Assembly: GCA_965222375.1 (NCBI GenBank)
Contig: CBDCTZ010000008.1
Location: 256,001 to 320,000 of the forward strand
Origin: Polyangiaceae bacterium
GTDB lineage: Bacteria; Myxococcota_A; Polyangia; Polyangiales; Polyangiaceae
Direction of reading: 5' to 3'
Length of the DNA stretch: 64,000 bases
Both the position numbers and the translations under genes were made by a program. The stretch's first letter is position 1. Every line of letters begins with the position of its first letter. Shown piece after piece: positions 8,793-16,367 of this stretch. The notes beneath the pieces are model-generated. The model saw only the letters and a program-made list of their open reading frames with translations. It searched no databases and had not been told where the DNA came from.

Positions 8793-9493
8793 GATTTGGT
8801 TCTTCCCTTGTGATTCGGGGCGCCTCCCGAGGTTGTTTCTGTATCGTTGTCGCTAGAGGCCGCTGATGGACGCGCTGAGAGCGTTTGGGCACCGTCGGTG
8901 CTCGGGTGCGCCGTCAGGGCGGAAGGCTCGCCAGCGGGCCCATCAGAGCCCCCGATGGACCACCAAGCCGGAGCCGGAGCGCTCTTCACACGTGCCTCGG
9001 CCTCGCGTGCGCAGAGTTCGTGAGCCGCAAGCAGGTTCTGGCGGCTGTCATTCGCAAGCCTGCTGCCAAGCTGCACTTCGCCCAGAACCTCAAAGGCAAA
9101 TCGGCTCGCAGCCAGCTGAAGTGCGGCAGACGCGATGATGCTCGATGGTGCCGGTCCACACTCGCCGCCCCCGACGCACTGAGCCAACCGCCGGACATGC
9201 AAGCGCCGGAAGGCCTTCGCAGCACCCGCGTATCGCTCAAACCGCGGATCCGCGAAGGTGTCTCCCAGCGCAACCCGCCGAGCCAGGCGCGACTTCCCCG
9301 CTCTCGCCTTCCCACCCAGGGCCGACAGCGCCCGGTGGCTTTCCGCATCCGCGGGGCGCCCATTGGCATCGCGGCGAATCTCCGGTTCGCGTGGCCGGTT
9401 CAGCGCCGCCACGCCGGCCGGCAGTTCATCCGCCGACAGCACCTCCACTCGGGGCACACCGGCGCCGTTTCCATGGCCACTGCGCAGGCTCAC
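8777..9493 (-). CDS. Hypothetical protein, candidate terminase small subunit
   Basis: GGAGG 6 nt before GTG 9493. RRDANGR...ALGGKAR resembles TerS-type N-termini, followed by a helical core. First gene of the operon ending in TerL. TerS identity is inference. Confidence 0.45.
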   Translation of the reverse strand: MSLRSGHGNGAGVPRVEVLSADELPAGVAALNRPREPEIRRDANGRPADAESHRALSALGGKARAGKSRLARRVALGDTFADPRFERYAGAAKAFRRLHVRRLAQCVGGGECGPAPSSIIASAALQLAASRFAFEVLGEVQLGSRLANDSRQNLLAAHELCAREAEARVKSAPAPAWWSIGGSDGPAGEPSALTAHPSTDGAQTLSARPSAASSDNDTETTSGGAPNHKGRTKSCDEL

Positions 9494-9778
9494 TGGGAGC
9501 CTCCGCAAGTGCGCGAAACCATTGGGGCCACATCGCTTTGTCCAAACACTCGTGTCCGAACGCAGCCGGAAACGCCTGCAAAGGAGCTACACGGAGCTCC
9601 TGAACGCCGGCTGAGCGAGCCGACGTGCGAAGGCTCATGGGGCAACAACTTCGCGCCCAGCGCCACGGCATGCGCGGCGCCGTGATCCGCTACGCTGCCG
9701 CAGCCGCCGAACTTCCGGGTTCGCGCCTGCGTATGTCGCCGGGGGGGGCAAGGTCGACTCCCGACTTTCGGCTCAGTG

Positions 9779-9880
9779 CTGACGCCACTGACAGACCTGA
9801 CACGCTCTCCAAAGTCACGGGGAGCGCGCGCGCGCGCGAATGCTTCTTTGTGAAGACCGTCAACCGCGTCAGGCTCGTCA
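9779..9880. other. Putative replication origin (opposed iteron triplets around a (GC)7 tract)
   Basis: TGAC at 9780/9789/9798 and GTCA at 9859/9868/9877, both with a 9-bp period. GCGCGCGCGCGCGCG at 9824-9838. Lies directly downstream of the helicase gene. Confidence 0.7.
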
Positions 9881-11242
9881 ATCTTCATGGTCGATCCCCG
9901 TTGAAAGCTCGACGGCGTACCGCCGGGCGCGGCCATCAGATCTCGATGGCAGCCCAAGCAGCCGCATGCGTTCACCAAAAGTGTTACTGGCGACGGGTCG
10001 GTGGCCATTCTCGCCCGCCCACGTGCGATACGCCCGGTAGAGCTTGTCGGCAGCCATGCCCTCGATTACCGGTGCATTGAGGGCAAGCTTCCTCGTCGAC
10101 GCCTCCACGAACGCGCGAACCTGATCGGCGCGAGCTCTCCAGCGATCCTTTGCTCGGACCGAGCTATCAGGCACCGTGAACATGCCGTTTGCCAGGACGC
10201 GCTGCGCGCCACGGAGCATCCAGCTGACCACTGCGGCCCCGTCACGACGCAGGATCTCGTCAGCCAAGTTCACATTCTGTTCGGTCTCATCGAAGATGCG
10301 GTTGAACTGCAAGACCATGAGCCGACGCCAGAAGCCGTGCGTCTGGTCCGTGGTCCCGGGCAATCGGTTCGCGCTGTAGATGTGACCTGCGACCGGCTTG
10401 AAGCCGAAAGGGCTCTGACGAATTGCACGCGCCGTCGTCGTGTCGCCTGCCACTACCGACTTCCAGGACTCGGAATCCAAGATGTCTGCTTCAGGAAGTT
10501 CGGAAACCACATTCAGCAGCTTCCCGGCGAGAGCCGCCCGCCGATACTCTTGGCCGATGTCCTGTGGCGCGATGCTACAGACACTGTTCGGCGGCATGCT
10601 TCGTTCGGCAACAGCAGCCAGCACACCCTTCCCGTTCGCGCCGTCGCCCACGAGCACGAGTGCACGCTGAAAGCGAGTAGCCAGGCCGAGCAGAGAAATG
10701 CCGAGGTACTCCTGCACCAGCTGTACTTTCTGTTGGAGATCGGAGTCGCCTCGAAATACAGAACGAAAGAACTGCAGCAGCGCCACCGGCTCCGAATCGA
10801 AGGTGTAGCCAAACCTGTACGCGAACCGTGCCCGGTGCTCAGGACAGTGCTCATGCTGAATGATCCGGTCGCCCGTCACCTCAACGAATGAAGACGCGAA
10901 CGCAACGCCTCGCCGAGCCTCGTCGAAGAAACGCGGATCCGCGAGCTGGTCGGCCGCTAGTTTGAGCGTACCGCCTACGTCGGAGGCCTTTAGGCGCAGA
11001 GGCTTCTTTTCCCCGGTAACCTTGGTGCCAGCAAAGCCCTGCACGATTCGGCTGAGTCTGGTGGGCTCCACCCGGTCGAAGACGCCGCGACTCGCAACGT
11101 ACTGGTAGACGAACCCCTCAGCGAACGTTGTGCACGCTTCAGCCGTGAGCTTCCCAACGAGACGGTCCGCACACTCAACGTGGTCTCCGCGCGCAAACGG
11201 TGTACGGTCGAGCGGGGTCACCTTTGGGGCCAGCACGGTCAC
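9878..11242 (-). CDS. P4-alpha/D5-type SF3 helicase (D5_N + ATPase + wHTH), no primase domain
   Basis: Walker A GDGANGKG, VSELP, WKSVVAGDTTTAR, YSANRLP, GFWRRL, C-terminal LYRAYRTWA..NG...FGERM. Confidence 0.9.
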   Translation of the reverse strand: MTVLAPKVTPLDRTPFARGDHVECADRLVGKLTAEACTTFAEGFVYQYVASRGVFDRVEPTRLSRIVQGFAGTKVTGEKKPLRLKASDVGGTLKLAADQLADPRFFDEARRGVAFASSFVEVTGDRIIQHEHCPEHRARFAYRFGYTFDSEPVALLQFFRSVFRGDSDLQQKVQLVQEYLGISLLGLATRFQRALVLVGDGANGKGVLAAVAERSMPPNSVCSIAPQDIGQEYRRAALAGKLLNVVSELPEADILDSESWKSVVAGDTTTARAIRQSPFGFKPVAGHIYSANRLPGTTDQTHGFWRRLMVLQFNRIFDETEQNVNLADEILRRDGAAVVSWMLRGAQRVLANGMFTVPDSSVRAKDRWRARADQVRAFVEASTRKLALNAPVIEGMAADKLYRAYRTWAGENGHRPVASNTFGERMRLLGLPSRSDGRARRYAVELSTGIDHED

Positions 11243-11745
11243 TTCGCTCTCCGGAGCTGTTCCACGGCGCTCGCAGCGTCGATGGCTCCAACGCGGAGCG
11301 CAGCCGCCACCGACTGGCTCAGATTGATCAGTCGCCTCCGACTCGCGAGCTCCTGCAGGCTAGCGACCAGCTCCTCCAGACCACGGCGCGACCTGATTGC
11401 CGGTGCCACGTCCAATTCATCCTGGACACGTCGCGCGCACCACGCGCGATCAAGCCGAACGCAGACAGCGGCAACTCGGTCCGAGCCAGCAGGACTGTCG
11501 CAGTCCTGAACCCCGAGCAACACTTCCCGCGCGAGAGGATCCAGCAGCCACGCAAGCTCCACCTGGTCTGGGGCAAGCGCACCCGCGAAGATTGCATCCA
11601 GAGCAGACCATTCACCAATGCGATCACAAGGCAGCGGCGGCGGTCCAAGCGTATCCGTCAGTCGCAGATCTCGGCGCATGCGCCGCAGCTGCTGCTCTAT
11701 CGCCGCAAGGGAGTCGACCGAGCCGGGTGCCGCACGCATGCTCAT
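11239..11745 (-). CDS. Stand-alone DnaB N-terminal-domain-like protein
   Basis: PPLPCDRIGEWSALDAIF, WLLDPLAREVL and LQELASRRRLINLSQSVA parallel the DnaB-N pattern PPHSxEAEQAVLGAI, FYxPxHRxIF and VKEKAxLRRLI. Translationally coupled to the helicase. Confidence 0.5.
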   Translation of the reverse strand: MSMRAAPGSVDSLAAIEQQLRRMRRDLRLTDTLGPPPLPCDRIGEWSALDAIFAGALAPDQVELAWLLDPLAREVLLGVQDCDSPAGSDRVAAVCVRLDRAWCARRVQDELDVAPAIRSRRGLEELVASLQELASRRRLINLSQSVAAALRVGAIDAASAVEQLRRAK

Positions 11746-12068
11746 CTTTCGGCACCCTCAACGACGCGCAGCCCACCGCGTTTCTGCTGCCGGCGTATCC
11801 AATCGATTACTGCTTCGAGCTCGAACCTGGCGGAGTCCCCAAGCCTCAGCTCAGGAAAGCTTGCCCGCTTGCGCAGACGGTCGAGCGAGCCCAGGCTGAC
11901 CCCGAGGGCGCGCGCGAGTGCGGCCCGGTCCAACAGTGCTGGCACCTGCTCCTCCTCCGGGACAAGTAGCACGCGTAGCCGGGCCGCCAACTCGGGGTCC
12001 GATTCCAGCACCGCGACAGCCTCAGCAAGAACCAACGATGCCACCGAAACTCGGCGAGGCGTGTTCAC
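11742..12068 (-). CDS. AlpA/excisionase-like winged-helix protein
   Basis: LLDRAALARALGVSLGSLDRLRKRASFPELRLGDSARFELEAVIDWI; GTG overlaps the upstream TGA. Confidence 0.8.
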   Translation of the reverse strand: MNTPRRVSVASLVLAEAVAVLESDPELAARLRVLLVPEEEQVPALLDRAALARALGVSLGSLDRLRKRASFPELRLGDSARFELEAVIDWIRRQQKRGGLRVVEGAER

Positions 12069-12283
12069 CGACGCCCCACAACCCGCGCCATCAGTTGCGG
12101 CGGGCGGTGAATTCCGAGTCTCGCGGCGGCGGAATCCACGACAGCGTACGTCGCCAACGCGACAATGCGTACTTGTCCTGCGTAGCAACGCCGGATCGTC
12201 GCAATCCCGTGACCGGTCTCAATAACGAGGTGTGCTACCTGGAGATCCGTGAGTTTCGGAACGGTAACGTCGGTGTCCTGCAT
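12065..12283 (-). CDS. Small LacI-type HTH-only protein
   Basis: TGHGIATIRRCYAGQVRIVALATYAVVDSAAARLGI resembles the LacI HTH/hinge pattern. Confidence 0.55.
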   Translation of the reverse strand: MQDTDVTVPKLTDLQVAHLVIETGHGIATIRRCYAGQVRIVALATYAVVDSAAARLGIHRPPQLMARVVGRR

Positions 12284-12347
12284 CGCCCGGAAATGAGTTC
12301 CAGGTTTCGGTCCGCCTGTGAACGGCCGCACTGACCGGCCCCCTTGG

Positions 12348-13139
12348 CTACCGTGATTTTTTGATGTTTCTAGCGATGCGATCGCGAGCCTCGGCCTCGC
12401 TTTCCAGCGGCTGCTGAGACTCAATGCCAGCCGCGAGCAAGAGGTCCGCCGCCACGGTCGCGGGTGCCCACTCTTTCAGCGCCGCAACTGCGCGCTCAAT
12501 CGGCACGTTCTCGAAGCGCTCGTCATGGGTCGCCAGAGCCACTGCCCTCAGCGTTGCTTTGGCAGCGGCTGACGCATCGCCGGAGTCCTCCGCTAAGGGG
12601 AATCGCGCTATGATGCCCAGCATCTTTCGATTCCGCGACTGTTTGCCGGGTCCCCGATCCGTACCGCACGCCGCGACTCCAAGTCTTTTCAATCGCTCCC
12701 AGTGCTCAGCTCCGACGTCCGGAGAGAGCGCCCGGGCAACGAACGTGATCACTTCCAGTGCTGCGCGGTCGTGTGCGCGCAGATCCCCAAGCTCCGACGG
12801 AAGCAGGTCGAGTCCTGCCTGGATGAATCGCGCCTGAAGTTCAGGGACCGGCGCCACCGTCTTTTCAGCGCGTCTGGCCCCCAGGGCTCGCGCAAAGGCG
12901 ACGATGGCCGCTGCGCCTTCGTCGCTCAACGCCAGCGCTGCAAGCACCTTCCGCTCGATGGTGCGTACGCGCTCTCTATGCAGATCGGCCTCGGCTTGCA
13001 GCTCGCCTATCCTCTCGCCGACGCTAACCGGTGTTTCGGGCACGCGTCGCTTCGACAGGCTAGCCGCATGCGTTGAATCTGACGCCCGCGAACTTCGCCT
13101 CCGCGACTTTCTCGTGCCGTGTGCTTTTCCTTTCGACAT
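12348..13139 (-). CDS. Hypothetical helical protein
   Basis: Long ORF; the ATG at 13139 (MSKGKAHG) is preferred as start. Confidence 0.5.
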   Translation of the reverse strand: MSKGKAHGTRKSRRRSSRASDSTHAASLSKRRVPETPVSVGERIGELQAEADLHRERVRTIERKVLAALALSDEGAAAIVAFARALGARRAEKTVAPVPELQARFIQAGLDLLPSELGDLRAHDRAALEVITFVARALSPDVGAEHWERLKRLGVAACGTDRGPGKQSRNRKMLGIIARFPLAEDSGDASAAAKATLRAVALATHDERFENVPIERAVAALKEWAPATVAADLLLAAGIESQQPLESEAEARDRIARNIKKSR

Positions 13140-13456
13140 TGAACCCACTTCGTCACCCTCGGCCCTGCTGGCGGCGAGGCCTCTCTCTATGGTTGTATCA
13201 CCCTGCCTTGGACTGCCCGCCTTTGCCCGCGCTCTCAAGCAGACGCTCAAGCTTCAACGCTAGCTCACGCGCTCGGCGCGGGTCATCTGGCAGTGCAGCT
13301 CGGATTTGGCGAACCCAGCTCAAGATCAAGTCCGTTTGCAGCGAGGCCAGCGTTTGGACACTCGCTTCGGACACTACTGACACATCCTCGGGAGATCCTG
13401 AGCGATCAGGCTCGACCCCATGTGCTGCATTCGACGTATTTTCCGCTAGTTCCGTA

Positions 13457-13501
13457 GCTTTGGGTGCCGGACGTTGAGAGTTCAAATCTCTCCACCCCGA
13501 C
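13457..13501 (+). other. att site: 3' half of tRNA-Pro(UGG)
   Basis: Anticodon loop TTTGGGT, stem GCCGG, T-arm GAGAG-TTCAAAT-CTCTC, acceptor 3' strand CACCCCG-A. The 5' half (D-arm and CGGGGTG) is absent. Confidence 0.88.
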
Positions 13502-13636
13502 TGGTTTTTGCGATTCCGCGCGGCAGCACGATCTGCCAAAAAGCACCCTTGCACGGAGCTGGCGCACTTCCGTTGGTTTGTGCGATTCCGCGCGGCAGCA
13601 CGATCTGCACCCCTGCACGGAGCTGGCGCACTTCCG
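13502..13636. repeat. Two imperfect direct repeats (71 and 63 bp)
   Basis: TGCGATTCCGCGCGGCAGCACGATCTGC and TGCACGGAGCTGGCGCACTTCCG both occur in 13502-13572 and 13574-13636. Confidence 0.9.
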
Positions 13637-13649
13637 CTTTCGGAGCCGC

Positions 13650-14345
13650 TCAACTCGTCGGGCGTTTCACGTAGACGGTGGCGACGTGCTCGGGGCCAAA
13701 TTCGAGTTGCGTCGTACCGGCCGGCAAGTGGGTTTCCTCTAGCGGTGTTTCGACGTCCGCAACGTAGCGAGGGCCATCGGGGGATTCGATGCGCTGGCAA
13801 ATGCGCACCTTGAAGCTGGCGTTCTTACCCTCGTCCTTCGGGCCGTATACGTAGAGATTGACCGCCTGTCCCTCGCTGAGGCTTTCGCGTTCGCTCCGCT
13901 CGGGGATCTGAAACCGCGGATAGTAGTGGTCCGCCAGATGTTCGGCGTTCTGGATCCGCATGCCGGGCCGAGCGATGTCGCCGGGCGCAATCCCCTCGAA
14001 AGTCTCCGGGCTCCACTCTCGAGGCGTCACGCCGTAGTGATTCGCGCCATCAGGATTGGCCCCAGCTGCCAGCAGCGCCTGGATGATCGCTTCGTTCCGC
14101 TCCTGCGCGGCCATGTACAGCGGCGTCTCGCCGGTGCGGTGGTAGCGCAGCTCGGTATTCGCCCCCGCCTCGAGCAATCGCTGAACACCTTCCAGCCACC
14201 CCGACATGACCGCGAGACTCAGCGCCGTCATGCCCCACTCGTCCTGCATGTCGAGCAAGCCCGACGCCAGCCCCCGCTCGAGAACCTCCAAGTCCAACGC
14301 CGGCGAAAAGCCCCCAGCGTTGGAAAACCACTCACGATGCTCCAT
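13650..14345 (-). CDS. Ankyrin-repeat protein
   Basis: GMTALSLAV..G..V..LLEAGAN and GETPLYMAA...LLAAGANP. Start uncertain (14345-14387). Confidence 0.85.
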   Translation of the reverse strand: MEHREWFSNAGGFSPALDLEVLERGLASGLLDMQDEWGMTALSLAVMSGWLEGVQRLLEAGANTELRYHRTGETPLYMAAQERNEAIIQALLAAGANPDGANHYGVTPREWSPETFEGIAPGDIARPGMRIQNAEHLADHYYPRFQIPERSERESLSEGQAVNLYVYGPKDEGKNASFKVRICQRIESPDGPRYVADVETPLEETHLPAGTTQLEFGPEHVATVYVKRPTS

Positions 14346-14754
14346 CAACTCGCCCCCATACATGCCTCCCCCACTCGAAGGCTTCAAGTCGTCGTCGGTT
14401 CCGCCGCTACCAGGTCTCAGGGAGCGTTCTTTTTTGGGGGGATGTGCCGGACATCGGCGTCATCGACGGTTCGTCGCGGTGCGCGCGGGTGCGCCGGTCG
14501 CGGTTCGGACCATGCTCCGCAGGATCTGTCCCCGAGTCCGGCACCGGGGGCGGCGGTTCGAATTGCCCGCGACGCTCATGCTCGGCGGGCAATCCTGGAA
14601 CGTTCAGGTGCTACGGGCATTCGAGAGCTACAATCCGGACAGCCCGATTGCCTTCAGTTGGTACGCCGAGTCGATCGAATAGACCGCGAGGCTCGAGCGC
14701 GGTCGATCTAATGCGGCAGCCGCGCGCCTCGCGGGTCGCCGCGCGCCGAGGATG

Positions 14755-15912
14755 TCATTGCGCGGCTCTGATCTGCTCCATCACGACACCGAGCGGCGCG
14801 ACGACGATGGCGTCCTTGAGTTCATATTCGGCCTCGCCTGGATAGATGACCCACTTGCGGTCCGGTTGAAGATCTTCGCATGCGTTGTGAAAACCCCTCG
14901 ACACCGAGGGGGCGGAGTTTCGTTTAATCTCGATCGCCCAGCGCTCGCTGCCGACTTGCAGAAGCAGGTCTATCTCTGCGCCGGCCTGAGTGCGATAGAA
15001 GTGTGCGTCAACGCCCGGCTGCGATGCGGCTATCAGGTTCTCGATGACGAACCCTTCCCAGCTAGCGCCAGCCACCGGGTGGCCTAGTACGTCGTCGAGA
15101 CGGCGGAGGTTGAGCAGCGCGTGGAGGATGCCCGCATCCCGAACATAAGTCTTCGGACTCTTCACCAGGCGCTTTCCCACGTTGGTGTGCCACGGCCGAA
15201 GGCGGCGAACGAGCATCAGATCGCTCATGAGATCCAGGTAGCGACTTGCCGTCTGTCCTTTGACGCCGAGACTGGCGCCAATCCGCGAAGCGTTGAAGAG
15301 CTGGCCTTGGTGGTGCGCGAGCATGGTCCAAAAACGTCTCAGGGTCTCCGCCGGGATGCGAAGCCCAAGAGCTGGAACGTCACGCTCCAAATACGTTCGG
15401 ATGAAGTCCAAGCGCCAGTCGAGGCTGCCGTCCGGTTCGAGCCAGGCGTCCGGAAAGCCGCCGCGCAGCCAGAGGCTCGATGCATTCTCCGACCCAACTT
15501 CCAATACGTCGAACGGGAACAGCTCTTGGTACGACACGCGCCCGGCGAGCGACTCCGAGGACTGACGCAACAGATCATTCGATGCCGACCCCAGCAGGAG
15601 AAACTGTCCGTGGCGGCGCCCCGCGCGCCGATTCTGATCGATCTGGCTGCGAATCACCTGAAAGAGATCCGGCCGGCGCTGCACCTCGTCGATGACGATG
15701 AGTTTGTCCTGGTAGTTATGGAAGTAGAATTCCGGGTCTTCGATCTTGCGTGCATCCGATGGCGCTTCGAGGTCGAGATAGACCGCGCTGAATTCGCTCG
15801 CCACCGCCTGCGCCAGGGTCGTCTTTCCGACCTGTCGTGGCCCAATCAGGACGACCGCGGCTCGCTGCTGGAGCGCCGAAAGCAGGCGAACGCGAAGCCG
15901 ACGAGTAATCAT
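14755..15912 (-). CDS. AAA_14 ATPase with DUF4143 domain
   Basis: GPRQVGKTT, IDEVQ, LLGSAS, ESLAGR, RGGFP, KRLVKSPK, EIDL..AIEIK. Confidence 0.92.
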   Translation of the reverse strand: MITRRLRVRLLSALQQRAAVVLIGPRQVGKTTLAQAVASEFSAVYLDLEAPSDARKIEDPEFYFHNYQDKLIVIDEVQRRPDLFQVIRSQIDQNRRAGRRHGQFLLLGSASNDLLRQSSESLAGRVSYQELFPFDVLEVGSENASSLWLRGGFPDAWLEPDGSLDWRLDFIRTYLERDVPALGLRIPAETLRRFWTMLAHHQGQLFNASRIGASLGVKGQTASRYLDLMSDLMLVRRLRPWHTNVGKRLVKSPKTYVRDAGILHALLNLRRLDDVLGHPVAGASWEGFVIENLIAASQPGVDAHFYRTQAGAEIDLLLQVGSERWAIEIKRNSAPSVSRGFHNACEDLQPDRKWVIYPGEAEYELKDAIVVAPLGVVMEQIRAAQ

Positions 15913-15947
15913 CCTTGTAAATTTACCAGCAACCAGTAAATTTGCAA
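15913..15947 (-). promoter_or_regulatory. Leaderless promoter with inverted repeat
   Basis: Minus strand TTGCAA-N16-TAAATT (TGn extended)-N7-ATG. 12-bp inverted repeat TTGTAAATTTAC / GTAAATTTGCAA at 15915-15947. Confidence 0.6.
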
Positions 15948-16056
15948 TGAAACCTGAAGGTAGCCATCACCCAGAGCCACCGCGTGCCGGGATTGGTTTT
16001 GGGGATGTGCCGGAAAGACGGGTTGCAGCGAGGAATCGCAGCGAACGGGCCTCAAT

Positions 16057-16311
16057 TCAGCTGCCGGGTTGCGAGCACCAACGAAAGCCTTCGAGCGTGT
16101 TCCACTGGATCTGCTCCGGATTCTTCAAGTACTCCTCGAAGTAGCCACAGGCGGTGCACACAAAGGCCTCGACCTGCCCCGTAGTCCCGTCTCGATTCCT
16201 CGCGATTTCTCTCGCGCGCGCCTTGTGAGTCACCGCGCCCTTGTCCATCACCTTCTCGAAATAGCCCACCGCTTTCGCTTGGCACTTCGGACACTGCCAT
16301 GTTCGCTTCAT
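16057..16311 (-). CDS. Small zinc-ribbon protein
   Basis: CPKC...FVCTACGYFEEY. Confidence 0.7.
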   Translation of the reverse strand: MKRTWQCPKCQAKAVGYFEKVMDKGAVTHKARAREIARNRDGTTGQVEAFVCTACGYFEEYLKNPEQIQWNTLEGFRWCSQPGS

Positions 16312-16367
16312 CTTGATGGCCGTAGCGCAACCAAGCAGAAGCTGAAAGCCTCGGCGGCGACCGCCCG

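Larger units (their letters stand above)
1..13501. mobile_element. Integrated phage-satellite-like element (left end outside window) inserted at tRNA-Pro(UGG)
   Basis: Tyrosine integrase at the left edge and a tRNA-Pro 3' fragment at the right end. Between them lie AlpA/Xis, an SF3 helicase, an iteron origin, a terminase and defence-like cargo. No structural virion genes recognised. Confidence 0.88.

Noticed and set aside
9690..9881. 63-aa ORF MTSLTRLTV...
   Set aside because: Its sequence is a translation of the iterons and GC tract; better explained as an origin.
6113..13250. Complete prophage
   Set aside because: No portal, capsid, tail or lysis genes recognised between the integrase and the att site.
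13430..13503. Intact tRNA-Pro gene
   Set aside because: The 5' acceptor strand and D-arm are missing; it is an att remnant.
13502..13636. Mini CRISPR array
   Set aside because: Only two units, no unique spacer of suitable length, no cas genes.
14400..14750. Possible short CDS ending ...PIAFSWYAESIE
   Set aside because: No convincing start or family motif; may be a gene remnant but unsupported.
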